A stretch of DNA of 64,000 bases from an uncultured Planctomycetaceae bacterium (GTDB taxonomy: Bacteria; Planctomycetota; Planctomycetia; Isosphaerales; Isosphaeraceae): NCBI GenBank assembly GCA_963833985.1, contig CAWIAD010000002.1, positions 3,520,001 to 3,584,000 of the forward strand. Reading direction: 5' to 3'. Each line of letters starts with the position of its first letter. Within the stretch, counting starts at the first letter, position 1. The notes below the pieces were generated by a model that was given only the letters and a program-made list of their open reading frames with translations, had not been told where the DNA came from and made no database searches. Shown here piece after piece: positions 21,198 through 31,781 of the stretch. The translations under genes were made by a program, and so were the position numbers.

Positions 21198-22674
21198 AAT
21201 GCCGCGAAGTTAATTTTAACTAATTGTGCCATTTGATCTTGCGCCATGGGTGAGGCTCCGGGCATCCTGTGGGAAGTACCAGGACCCACAGTTGCTGGAG
21301 GGAGCCCCACCCATGCCGCCTCGCATCATCCCTATTCTCGATCGACTGCGCCAAGATATCGCCGCGGGATTGTCCCGGGAGACGATCGAAGAAGCCTGCC
21401 GCCAGGCGAAACACCGCTGGCGGAATCGCGTTCTCGACCCCGCGACGACCATTTATCTGTTCCTTCTCCAGGTCCTTCATGGCAACACGGCCTGTCGCCA
21501 CGTGGTGCACTTCGGCGGTTGGACCTTCACCGACAGCGCCTACTGCCTGGCGCGAAAGCGGCTTCCGCTGGCCGTCTTCGACTAGCTCGTGGAGCGGACC
21601 GCTGCCGCCGTGCGGACTGCTTCGGATGCGCGCGGTGGCTCGGGCACCGAATCTGGGTCGTCGACAGCTCCAGCTTCTCCATGCCGGACCAACCAGAACT
21701 GCAACGTCACTTCGGCCAACCCAGCGGTCAACGCAAGGGCTGTGGCTTCCCGGTGGCGAAATGGCTGGCCCTCTTCGATGTCGCCACGGGCATGCTGCTG
21801 CGTTCGAGGACGGCCCCTTTGCGGACCCACGACATGTCCCAGGTCGGCCCGATCTCCGACGGCCTGGAGCCGGGAGACATCGTGCTCGGTGACCGCGGAT
21901 TTTGCTCGTATGCTCATCTGGCAATGTTACTGCAACGCGGTCTGCATGCGGTTTTCCGCGTGCACCAGCAGCAGATCGTCGATTTCACGCCGGGTCGTCC
22001 GATGGCCAGGAGGAAGGGTCCGTACCCCAGGCCGCAGGGTCTGCCGAGTTCGCGGTGGGTGTTGGCGCAGGGAACCGCAGATCAGATTGTCACATGGTTT
22101 AAATCGAAATCCCATCCGAAGTGGATGTCGGCGGATGAGTTCGAGGTGCTGCCCTCCGAGATCACCGTGCGCGAGCTGAGGTACCGGGTCGAGACACCCG
22201 GGTATCGGGTGCGCGAAATCACGCTGGTCACGACTCTGTTAGACGCATCGACCTACCCGGCGACAGAGCTGGCCGAACTCTACTACAAGAGGTGGAGAGT
22301 CGAACTCAATTTTCGTCATATAAAGATTAGCATGAAGATGGATGTTCTGCGTTGCGAGACAGTCGAAGGGGTTCTCAAAGAGCTGGCGATTTTCAGCCTG
22401 GCGTATAACCTGGTAAGATCGGTCATGCTGGAGTCGGCACGCATGCGCGGCGTTGATCCGGATCGGATCGGCTTGATCGACGCGGTGCGCTGGCTGATCG
22501 GGTCCGAAGGGGGTTCTGAGCCCGCGCGGATCGTCATCAACCCATTGCGCCGCGGACGCGTCGAGCCCCGAGTCGTAAAGCGACGACCAAAACAGTACAT
22601 GCGGATGACCAGGCCCAGATCCGAACTCCGCAAGCAATTGCCAATGAAGCACTTCTGACTAACTTCGCGGCATT
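21198..22674 (+). mobile_element. IS4-family insertion sequence
   Basis: Inverted ends AATGCCGCGAAGTTA / TAACTTCGCGGCATT enclose the transposase. Confidence 0.85.
21313..22658 (+). pseudogene. IS4-family transposase, nonsense codon (TAG 21583) plus frameshift (~21630)
   Basis: SAYCLARKRLPL, VVDSSSFSMPD, LGDRGFCSY, Y..RWRVELNFRHIK (YREK-like), EPRVVKRRPK. Confidence 0.88.
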
Positions 22675-22709
22675 CAGCAACGTCCCCTTTGGGCTTCCCC
22701 TTTGGGCTT

Positions 22710-22873
22710 TCTGGTTCGCAGGTGGACACTCGTTCCGTACGATTGGTCCGCCTGCATACTGTGCAGGTTGACCAAATCGGATCCCAACTTGTCCATAGCC
22801 CCTCCTCGTCATGTGTATAGGAGGGGGTCAGTTTTAGTGTCGTCAGGGGGGTCAGTTTTAGTGTCGCGTGACA
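22710..22873 (-). mobile_element. Truncated IS21-family left end with start of istA
   Basis: Minus strand TGTCA start, two CGACACTAAAACTGACCCC repeats, then RBS GAGGAGG and ATG (MDKLGSDLVNLHSMQADQ) cut off at the repeat flank. Confidence 0.65.
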
Positions 22874-23154
22874 AGCGCTGGCGGCTGCGTACCTGGCCAC
22901 TGGCCCTGTACTGGTGGGAGGAGAAATCCGCGGCGGGTACGCGGCATCGCCGGTGTTTCCGCCGTAGACTGAATAGGACGGTGCAGTGCGGAGGCTCCTT
23001 GACAATGCGGCGGATGGTAGGGACCAGCGCGCCGGCCCGGCGACGCGCTGGCTCCACTCTTTTGCAGACCAGATGGCCCGGTCCGCCGGACGGTTTGAAT
23101 GCAAAACTCAGGGAACGAAGCGCATCGTCCCACAATGGCCATGGCGCGCCGACC

Positions 23155-23184
23155 GTAGGGTGGGTCAGCGCAGCGCAACCCACC
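23155..23184 (+). repeat. GTAG-type REP-like palindrome
   Basis: GTAG-GGTGGGT-CAGCGCAGCGCA-ACCCACC hairpin. Confidence 0.65.
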
Positions 23185-23632
23185 GGCTGGCAGGGCCTTG
23201 CGTGCGCCGAACCGCCGAACCGCACACGCCGTACGACGTCCTGGGACGATGCCGAACGAAGCCAGTGAAAAAACGAAAAACCGATATATAACTCGCAGGC
23301 ACGTAAGGATTAGCGTCCGATGGCTTCGGTTGTATGGACCCGAGAACGAACCCATTTTTCCCCTGCCTGAGGGGAGACGAGCGACACGACCTCGTGGGCC
23401 AGAGGGAAGGGCGCGAACACCGGGGCCAGCCGCACCGGGCGAACCGGGGGCTTGAAGCCGCGAAAGCGCGCTTTTCACGCGGAGAACCCGCAACGAAGCC
23501 AACCGCTAATGGAACTGCAAGTCCATGACAAGCAAGGATTAATGGCCAGAAAGTATGATCGGTTTGGACCGAAATCGAACCCAATTCGCCAGTGATCCCA
23601 GGACGTGCGACTGACGGTCCCGATGGAGGTCA

Positions 23633-24953
23633 TCAAAGGGAAGACGGGGACGAAGACGCCGCTGCTGCTGGAGCCGGCATCGTCGCGGCTCCGAGCGGGG
23701 CCGACGACAGGGCGGCGTCCGGAAGGCGGTGGCCAGGGCCGAGCGTGTCCATGAGGGCCTGGATTTGAAGTTCCAGCACCTCGGTAAGATGCTCCGCGGC
23801 GTCACGAGACCTGCGGCCGCCGGGTCCAAGATAGGATCGCACGTCGATGGGCTCGCCCATCTTGACCACCGCCCGGCGCGGTCCGCGCGGGGCCGGGTAG
23901 GTCACGCCCAGGGCGTCCTGCTCGAACTTGGTCATGATCTCGGCAAGGCGCTCCAGCGTCGGGTTCTCGCGTACGTAATCTCCGGGGTAGCTGAAGAGCT
24001 GGATGGCCACGAACAGGCTGTTCAGGTCGCGCCGCAGGGTGCGCTTCTCTTCCGCGCTGATGCCCGGCACGGCCAGTGCCTTGAGGCACGCCCGGCGCAG
24101 CTCCTTGACGCGGAACGGCACCGGCTCATCGGAGCGACGGCCCAGCCGCCGGTCTTCCATCTCTTCCAGGATATGGAACTTGAGCCGGGCGATTCGGTCC
24201 TTGAGCGTCCCAGGCTGGGGAGCGTTCAGATACTCGAGCTCCTTGAGCGCCAGCATGCCCTCGGCGTAGCGATACAGCCGCTCGAGGATCGGCCGGCCGC
24301 ACGGGTCCCACCAGGTGAAGCGTGCTTCGAGCGTGTCCATCAAGCGGTGCAGCTCGGGAAGCGGGTCGTGATTGTCCAGGAACCTGTAGCGGATCGCCGT
24401 CGGGATGATCCAGACGGTCCGGCCGCTCTCACCGAGCTTCCGCGCGGCGGACAGCGCCAGTGCGGCCGCCCCCTCGCGCAGCGGTGTGAGCCGGTCGCCC
24501 AGGAAGTAGATCTCACCCTCGGGAAAGACGACCAGCGGGTTCTTGCCCTGGGTCAGGACATCCAGGCCTGCCTGGTAGGCCATGCGGTCGGCCCCTTCGC
24601 GGTCGACGGGAAAGACGCCCAGCCGGGGCAGGATGAACTTCCGCAGGCCGGCGTTGCCCGTGAAGATCTGGTAGGCCGCCATGTAGCAGAAGGGAACGCC
24701 GGTGCGCACGGCTGATCTCGAACATGACCGCGGGGTCGGCCAGATCCGGGTGATTGGGAGTGATCAGGATGCCGTCGCCCTTACCCTTCAATGCGCGAAG
24801 CTGATGCAGGCCGACGTCATCGATTTGCCGGACCACCTGGATGCGCCGCAACATGTATCCCACGTAGAGCCGGCTCGCACGCACCCAGAATGGGCTGAGC
24901 CTGGGCGGCTGGAACTGGTACGGCAGCTCATCGGGAAGTGGCAGCCGGTGCAT
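23633..24953 (-). CDS. PlsC-like glycerol-phosphate/lysophospholipid acyltransferase (frameshift ~24710)
   Basis: NHPDLAD (HX4D), GVFPVDR, VFPEGE, IIPTAIRY. Confidence 0.85.
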
Positions 24954-25315
24954 GAGCAGTCTCCGTCGCTTGCGCGTGGATGTGGCCTGGTGCATCGAAC
25001 TTCCGGCAGACAGGCGTATGCAAGGCACTCTACCGCGCCTCCGCGTCGCGGACCACCGGATCGACAGACGTGTGAACGCTGACCCTGGAGATATGCCGAT
25101 TTCCGATCGCCGTGTGCCACACCGGCGTCGCCGGGTGCCGGCGGCCCAGCCGGCGCTTTGAAGTGCACTGCTGAAGCTGGCGGGCGGAGGGTGGTCAGGC
25201 TAAACTAGCCCTGTGATCGAGCCAGGTCGGAGCGATGCCGCGCGGCGCGTGCGATGGCCGCACAACGCCCGCTGATCCGGGACCGACCGTCGAGCGGGAG
25301 TGCAAGGCGAGCACC

Positions 25316-27610
25316 ATGAACCTTCCAGAGGCACCGGCCGGAGAGACCGTGACCGGGCGTGTGCCGGAGCCGGTAGTCTCCAGCCGCCGGGACCTGCGGC
25401 TGCCTGAGATTTCCGCTGTCCCACACACCTTGAATCGGATGCTCCGCAGACCCATGACTAGCCTGGTGACCGTTGTACTCTGGGTCGTGGGATTGCTGGT
25501 AATCTGGACAGTCTGCGTTTTGCTCTATAGACTGACAGATTACCTGTGGAGGCCGGAGAAAACGGCGATCGGCGAGTTCGTGGTCGAGGGGCAGGCCAAC
25601 CCTTCCTACGCCGCCAAGTTTCAGGATCGGTGGCTCAGCTTTCGCTCGACAGGGCAGGCAGTCGGGCTGCTTCAGGGGTTGCCCTCGGCGGACGGTGCGG
25701 ATTTCATCCTGGCGGAGGTGGAGGAGCGTTCGACGTCCGATCTGGAGCGGACGATCGGCGATCTGGGCAAGGAGCTGGATCTCAAGGTGGCCGGGATCAG
25801 CTTGCCGAGCCTGGCGCGGTTCCTGGATAGTCTCTCGCGCCCCGCCGGCCGCATCATCGAGGGCCGGCTTGGTCGGTTCGGCAACGAGGTGAACCTGACC
25901 ATCACGCTGAAGCAGGACGGGCATCTGCCCAGGGCCTGGTCGAGCTACCGGAGCGTGGCCGCGGGCGCCGGGGCGGAAGGTCAGCAGGCGGCCGAGGAAG
26001 ACCTCATCGACGAGGCCATCTGCGAGGTCGCCCTGTACCTGCGGAGAGTCGACCGCCCGGCGGCCGCAAACGGAGACAATGGGATGGCCGACACGACAGA
26101 ATCCCTCTCGGCGCGAGCTTACGCGGAGCTCAAGAAAGGCCGTCGCAGTCTGGAACGCTACGCTCAGGACAATCACCAGGACGACCTGCTTGCCGCGCAG
26201 CAGCACTTCCGCTCGCTGGTGGCCAGCAGCCCGGCTTACACCGACGGTTACTTGCTGCTCAGCCAGACCCTTGCGGAGAACCGGCAGGAGAGGGAAGCCA
26301 TCGAAGTCTACGACCGGGCGATCCGCCTGCTGAGCCAGGCCGCCAGCACAGACCAGCGCCGGTCCATCGAAGCGCGCTTCCTGAAGGCGAGCTCGCTGCT
26401 GCGGTGCTATCGCTGGGCCGACGTCGTGCGGGCCACGGCAGAATTCCGGGCCCTCGCGCGCGACCTGGACGCGATGACGGCAAGGAAGCCCGGCGACCGG
26501 GGCAGGCTCACCGCGGCACAGAGATCGCAGCTCGACGCCTGGCGCGAGGACCGCTACATGCTGGCGCGGACGCACGCGGAGACCGCCCATTGCCTGGGGC
26601 ACATGCTGGTGCTCCTGCCCAAAGACCGGTCCATCCGCAAGGATTTCCTGGGGGACCTGGTCTCGCTCTTCGGCGCTGCCATGGCACAGGACATGAAAGA
26701 CCCGGACGACCTGGCGGACCGCCGCGCGCTGGCCGACCGGCTGTACGCGATCGCACAGGACGAACAGAAGCAGGCGAAAAAGACCGAGCCCATCTACAAG
26801 CAGGAATGGAAGGCCGACCTGTCCGCCCGCCTCAACGAGGTCACCGGCTACGCCCAGTTCCGTCACGCGGAGTGGCTGCCAGCCGGCGAGGACAAGAGAT
26901 TCCGGACCGAGTGCAACGAGGCGGTGCGCACCCTTCAGGACGCCGAGCTCCGCAAACCTCGGCACTATGCCCTGCTACAGAACATCGGCATGGTCTATCT
27001 GAGCCGCCGTTACGACCCGAAGGGCGACGATCTCGACCAGGCGGAACGCTACTACGCGCGGTCACTCGAGCTCAAGCCGTCGGACTACTTCGGCCACGCC
27101 CAGCTTGGCCTTGTGGGACTGCGCAGGGCTCTCATCGCAGCGGACGGCGCCGCCCGCGGCGAGATCATCAAGGCGGCCCAGGAGCAAGTCGCCCGGGCGC
27201 TCCAGCTGCGCTCCGAAAGCCAGCACACGCGGCTGCTGCGCTGTCACCTCCGGCTGGTTGAGCTGGGGCTGGGCCGCAAGGCTGCCAGGGTTGAAGACCT
27301 CGACGCCCTCCAGGCCGACATCGAGGAGCTGGACCCGGACGGGAGCGACGTCACTGCCCGGTTCCTCATGCTGGCCTGCGGCTGGCTGCGTCTCCAGGCC
27401 TGCCCGGACGAGGCCGCCTTCGACAGGGCCCGGCCCGTGCTCAAGAGTCGCCTGGAGGCGTTCTCGAGCGATCTGAAGGACCAGCAAGACGCAATCTGGC
27501 GCGTGGCCCAGATGCGTACCGCGTCCGAAGGGCTCGCCCGCGAGCTGGAGACCCTGACGTTCGCCAAGCGCCTCAAGCCCCGCTTCGCGTTCGACGCGGC
27601 CATCGACTGA
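25316..27610 (+). CDS. Membrane-anchored TPR-repeat protein
   Basis: One TM segment then helical repeats (AIEVYDRAIRL, AERYYARSLELKP); start uncertain (25235-25455). Confidence 0.7.
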   Translation: MNLPEAPAGETVTGRVPEPVVSSRRDLRLPEISAVPHTLNRMLRRPMTSLVTVVLWVVGLLVIWTVCVLLYRLTDYLWRPEKTAIGEFVVEGQANPSYAAKFQDRWLSFRSTGQAVGLLQGLPSADGADFILAEVEERSTSDLERTIGDLGKELDLKVAGISLPSLARFLDSLSRPAGRIIEGRLGRFGNEVNLTITLKQDGHLPRAWSSYRSVAAGAGAEGQQAAEEDLIDEAICEVALYLRRVDRPAAANGDNGMADTTESLSARAYAELKKGRRSLERYAQDNHQDDLLAAQQHFRSLVASSPAYTDGYLLLSQTLAENRQEREAIEVYDRAIRLLSQAASTDQRRSIEARFLKASSLLRCYRWADVVRATAEFRALARDLDAMTARKPGDRGRLTAAQRSQLDAWREDRYMLARTHAETAHCLGHMLVLLPKDRSIRKDFLGDLVSLFGAAMAQDMKDPDDLADRRALADRLYAIAQDEQKQAKKTEPIYKQEWKADLSARLNEVTGYAQFRHAEWLPAGEDKRFRTECNEAVRTLQDAELRKPRHYALLQNIGMVYLSRRYDPKGDDLDQAERYYARSLELKPSDYFGHAQLGLVGLRRALIAADGAARGEIIKAAQEQVARALQLRSESQHTRLLRCHLRLVELGLGRKAARVEDLDALQADIEELDPDGSDVTARFLMLACGWLRLQACPDEAAFDRARPVLKSRLEAFSSDLKDQQDAIWRVAQMRTASEGLARELETLTFAKRLKPRFAFDAAID

Positions 27611-27673
27611 CCGATCCGACCCGTTCTCATGTGATCCGATCTGAATCGAGCATCGCCTCGCCCGGAGTCCGCC

Positions 27674-28705
27674 GTGCAGACAAGCATCGTCGAGCGTTTC
27701 GGCCGCGACTACTTGCGGCTTTCGCGGCGTTCCCAGGGCCGCTGGCTGGATCGAGCTTTTGACTACTGGCGCGGCTGCGGCTTTCCGTACCCTCAGCTTT
27801 CTCTTCCTCAGATCGAGGCCGACGTCCTGGCACTGCGCAGGGTTCAGCCGGCCATGGTGCTGGTGGATGGCCGGGCCACCGTGAGCACCGTCGGCCTGCG
27901 CCTGGCGAATGCCTATCATCCCCAGATCTGGGAGATCCGCCGGCACGGCCGATCGGCCCTCGATTGCTTCCTGGATGACCAGCGGCTGCGCAGGGCTCTC
28001 GAGAAATCTGCCCGGCTCTATCCCAACCGGCGGTGCTGGAATGCCCAGTGCGTGCGCAGCATCTTGCGGATCCACCATCGCTCACGCGTCTCGAATTTCC
28101 GACCGGCGGTCGCGCGGGCCCTGTATCAGCGCTACTCTCCTGAGGGCGGGCGGCTGCTCGATTTCTCGGCCGGGTTCGGAGGCCGCCTGCTCGCTGCCCT
28201 GACATTGCGGCGCCATTACCTGGGAATTGACCCGGCCGCGCGGCAGGTCGACGGCCTGCGGCGGATGAACGCCGACCTGGCCGCCCTGGCGAACGGTACC
28301 GCCGAGATCGCCAGCGGCTGTGCCGAGGACCTCTTGCCGCTCCTTCCCGACAGGTCTTTCGACGCCATTCTCAGCAGTCCTCCTTACTTCGACACCGAGG
28401 AATACGAGCCCTCGGCGCAGCAGAGCTGCCATCGCTACACAAGCTACCCCGCCTGGCGCGAAGGCTTCCTCCGTCCGGCCATCGAGCACGGCTGCCGGCT
28501 GCTGCGTCCGGGAGGGGTCTTCCTGCTGAACGTGAAGGACCAGCCTGGCCGCTCGATCGCGACCGACGCCGCCACGATGTTTCCGCGCAGGTTCCGCCGG
28601 GAACTGGTGCTCAAGCTGCTGCTCCCCGCCCTGCCGCACCTCCGCGCCAGGGATTCCACGGCCTATCGCTGGGAACCGATCTTGATTGTGCGGAGGCCGA
28701 GATGA
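27674..28705 (+). CDS. Amino-type (N4C/N6A) DNA methyltransferase-like protein
   Basis: SNFRP, motif I LLDFSAGFGGRLL, YLGIDP, motif IV SSPPYF..E.Y, LRPGGVFLLNV. Confidence 0.8.
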   Translation: MQTSIVERFGRDYLRLSRRSQGRWLDRAFDYWRGCGFPYPQLSLPQIEADVLALRRVQPAMVLVDGRATVSTVGLRLANAYHPQIWEIRRHGRSALDCFLDDQRLRRALEKSARLYPNRRCWNAQCVRSILRIHHRSRVSNFRPAVARALYQRYSPEGGRLLDFSAGFGGRLLAALTLRRHYLGIDPAARQVDGLRRMNADLAALANGTAEIASGCAEDLLPLLPDRSFDAILSSPPYFDTEEYEPSAQQSCHRYTSYPAWREGFLRPAIEHGCRLLRPGGVFLLNVKDQPGRSIATDAATMFPRRFRRELVLKLLLPALPHLRARDSTAYRWEPILIVRRPR

Positions 28706-28894
28706 CGCGGTCCCGGATCGAGAGTCCGAGCAAGTGAACTCTGTGACTTGCGGCTGAGCTCAAAGGCCCGCGACCTTCCGATGACGTCTCGTCGAGGGCG
28801 AACCAACGTTTGCTGCTCCATAGAATATTGACGAGCCATCTCCAGGCCGCGACGATACAGTCCGGCGGCGATCACGACCGGAGAGGAGGTCTGG

Positions 28895-29311
28895 ATGTCC
28901 GAGCAGGTCGATCAATTCCGGCGGCGCGTTGAAAACCTCGTGGGCCGTTTTGAGGGAGACGTGGATCACAATGAATGGTTGACCCGGCGCTACCCCAAGA
29001 AGCTTCGGGATGACTCTGGACAGATCTATGAGGTTCCAGCTCTCCGCCTCCAGCGGGGCCCGATCAACCTTCTCCTGGACCCGGTCGGCTTCGACGTGCC
29101 GGGAGCCGAAGGCGCCGCGGACCTGTACCTGATGCCGGGATACGACCCCACGGCGAGTGTCTACTTCGAGGAGGGACGATGGGTGATCCACTACACTTTT
29201 CCGCCAGACCCTCTCGAGACCCACTCCGTGGTCGAACCGCTGATTCTGCCGCTCTCCTCCGAGAAGATTAACCAGGTACTCAACTCCATAGCCGAGCATG
29301 CGGAACCGTAG
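28895..29311 (+). CDS. Hypothetical protein (138 aa)
   Basis: GGAGG RBS; overlaps the start of the downstream HEPN-like gene. Confidence 0.75.
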   Translation: MSEQVDQFRRRVENLVGRFEGDVDHNEWLTRRYPKKLRDDSGQIYEVPALRLQRGPINLLLDPVGFDVPGAEGAADLYLMPGYDPTASVYFEEGRWVIHYTFPPDPLETHSVVEPLILPLSSEKINQVLNSIAEHAEP

Positions 29312-29608
29312 GTCCGACTGGCACGAACATATTGTGGAGGTCTGGGGCGAGTACCGGTCCATACGGGCGACCTCGATCACAACGACCCTACCCGCGAGAT
29401 CAGTGCTTCGGTGATGATCGACTCGGTTGGCGGGAAGCGCGGTCGGGGTATCCAGATGGGCATCCGCGAACGTGCCCATGCAGTACGCCGAGTCCGCAAC
29501 TTCTGGGCCCACGAATCGGATGAGGATCCTGGTCCGATGACCGTCGACGAGGCACGCAAACGGCTCCAGATCTATCTTGCCGAATTGCCCGATGAGTGGG
29601 GGTCGTAG
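29298..29608 (+). pseudogene. HEPN-like protein, frame-disrupted or internally deleted
   Basis: ATG 29298 gives MRNRRSDWHEHIVEVWGEYRSIRA; the frame then changes to HNDPTREISASVMID...VRRVRNFWAH (RX4H). Confidence 0.55.
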
Positions 29609-29634
29609 CCCCGAGCCCCTCCTCTTTCTCTGGT

Positions 29635-31572
29635 ATGGCATACTTCATGGGAAGCCTGAGCGACTCTCGATTGCCGGTCCAGAAATCGTCTGCCCAAAAT
29701 CGGCTCATCGCCGCATGCGTGGCAGTCTTCGGAGTCGCGATCGGGCTCATCCTCTGGCGTATCGGGCCTACTAGAACGTCTCATCGCCCGTCGCCGGCCG
29801 ACACAGGCTCGCCCTATCTGAATGCGCGCCGCGAGGTGAAGTATCTCGGGGATGCCGCCTGCAACCGCTGCCATGCGGAGATCAGCGAGTCTTACGCCCT
29901 GCATCCCATGGGTCGTTCTCTCGCGCCGATCACGCCGGAGAAGAATCCGGGGCTCGATGGCGCCGACGGCACATCGAGGTTTGAAGCCGGCGGATTCGAG
30001 TACTCCATCGAGAACAGGAATGGTCGACTTCTGCATGTCGAGACCCGGCGCACCGCCTCTGGCGAGAGGATCGCTCAGAATTCGGCCGAGGTCCAGTACA
30101 CGCTCGGTTCGGGCAGGCAGGCGGTGAGCTACTTGATCGAGCGCGATGGGTTTCTCTTCCAGTCGCCGATCACCCGGTACACGCAAGGAGGCCGATGGGA
30201 CCTCTCGCCCGGCTATGAGAAGAATAACGTCCACTTCGACAGGCCGGTCCTCGCCGGCTGCCTGTACTGTCATGTGAATCGCGTGGAGCCCGTGCCCGGC
30301 ACGGTCAATCGCTTCGTGCCGCCGACATTCCGTGGTCATGCAATCGGCTGCGAGCGCTGTCACGGTCCGGGCGAGCTGCACGTCCGGCAACCGGCCATGA
30401 GCGCGGGACGCGATCTCACGATCGTCAACCCCGCCGCCCTTGAGCCTTCCTTGCGGGATGCCGTCTGCGAGCAATGCCACCTGGTGGGCGCGCGGAGGAT
30501 CGAGCGGCTGGATCGGCAGCAGGATGACTTCCGGCCGGGGCTGCCATTCCAGCGGTTCTGGATTGTCCTTTCCGATGCCGGCACGACCGAGAAACGATTC
30601 GTGAGCCAGGCCGAGCAGATGAAGCAGAGCCGGTGCTACCGCGCCAGTGAGGGACGCCTCGGGTGTATCTCGTGCCACGATCCCCATCGCATGCCCGATC
30701 CCGGGCAGGCAGTGGCCTACTACCGCAAGCGGTGCCTGGAATGCCACGACCAGCGCGGCTGTAGCCTGCCCACGGCGGCCCGGCTGGCGCAAAGCAAGGA
30801 CGACAATTGCAGCCAGTGCCACCTGCCCCGTTCGCGCAGCTCCGATGTGTTCCACGGTGCCGTGAGCGATCATCGCATCCCGCGCCATGCGGCCCGGGAC
30901 GATCGTGCCCCGGCGCCGGCCGGGCAGCCGGCTGTCGGCTCCGGCCGCGTGGTTCTCTTCCACGGCAACCTCATGGATGAGCGAGAACGGGCAGCCGCCG
31001 GCCGCGAGATCGGCGTGGCGCTGGCGCGATCTTATGAATGGCCGGAGAGTGCGGCCGCGTCGTTACCCTTGCTGGAAGCCGCTCTGTCAGCGCGACCCGA
31101 TGACGTGACGGCCTGGGAGTGCAAGGCCGTCGCGCTGGGCCGGCTGCGGCGGTTCAAGGAGTCTCTCGCTGCCTTCCAGACGACCCTGTCCCGGGAACCG
31201 GACCGGGAGACCGCCCTGGCCGAGGCGGCGGAATACGCGGCCGGGGCAGGCAGGCGTGATGAGGCCATCGCGTATCTGCGGCACGCGATTGCGCTCAGCC
31301 CGTGGCGTGCGGTCTACCACGCGAACCTCGCAGAGGCCCTGTTCCAGGATCACCAGTGGCGCGAAGCCGCGGACCAAGGCCGCGCGGCGCTGCGGCTCAA
31401 CCCGTCCGATCTTGAAGCGCGTCGCCTGCTCGTCCGCTCCGAGCTGCGGCTGGGGAACCGTGAGGCCGCCCTCCAGGCATTTCAGACCCTCGTTGACTTC
31501 GACCCGCCCGACCGGACCGAGCTGCTGCGCTGGTTCGCCCCGCTGGCACGCGAGCTGAAGCCGAGGCCCTGA
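29635..31572 (+). CDS. Multiheme c-type cytochrome with C-terminal TPR repeats
   Basis: Seven CxxCH motifs (CNRCH, CLYCH, CERCH, CEQCH, CISCH, CLECH, CSQCH), an N-terminal TM segment and a TPR tail. Confidence 0.88.
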   Translation: MAYFMGSLSDSRLPVQKSSAQNRLIAACVAVFGVAIGLILWRIGPTRTSHRPSPADTGSPYLNARREVKYLGDAACNRCHAEISESYALHPMGRSLAPITPEKNPGLDGADGTSRFEAGGFEYSIENRNGRLLHVETRRTASGERIAQNSAEVQYTLGSGRQAVSYLIERDGFLFQSPITRYTQGGRWDLSPGYEKNNVHFDRPVLAGCLYCHVNRVEPVPGTVNRFVPPTFRGHAIGCERCHGPGELHVRQPAMSAGRDLTIVNPAALEPSLRDAVCEQCHLVGARRIERLDRQQDDFRPGLPFQRFWIVLSDAGTTEKRFVSQAEQMKQSRCYRASEGRLGCISCHDPHRMPDPGQAVAYYRKRCLECHDQRGCSLPTAARLAQSKDDNCSQCHLPRSRSSDVFHGAVSDHRIPRHAARDDRAPAPAGQPAVGSGRVVLFHGNLMDERERAAAGREIGVALARSYEWPESAAASLPLLEAALSARPDDVTAWECKAVALGRLRRFKESLAAFQTTLSREPDRETALAEAAEYAAGAGRRDEAIAYLRHAIALSPWRAVYHANLAEALFQDHQWREAADQGRAALRLNPSDLEARRLLVRSELRLGNREAALQAFQTLVDFDPPDRTELLRWFAPLARELKPRP

Positions 31573-31781
31573 GCAAGCAGACGGCGTGCGCGGCGAACCT
31601 CGCCAAGGTCCGCTGGACGGCCCTCCCTGGCCCGCTGCCGGTCGCGACCGAATGACGGTCCTCCCGAATGATGGTTCTCCCGGTCCGCAGACTTCCCGCA
31701 GCGCTGAGGCTGGAGTACACTCCGGTCCGGGTCGCTACGACATTCGCGATTGTGTGCCGTGTCAGGAAGGGAAGGCTCGCC

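Noticed and set aside
21137..23590. CRISPR array
   Set aside because: The repeats are either tandem without spacers or only 10 bp and irregular; no cas genes.
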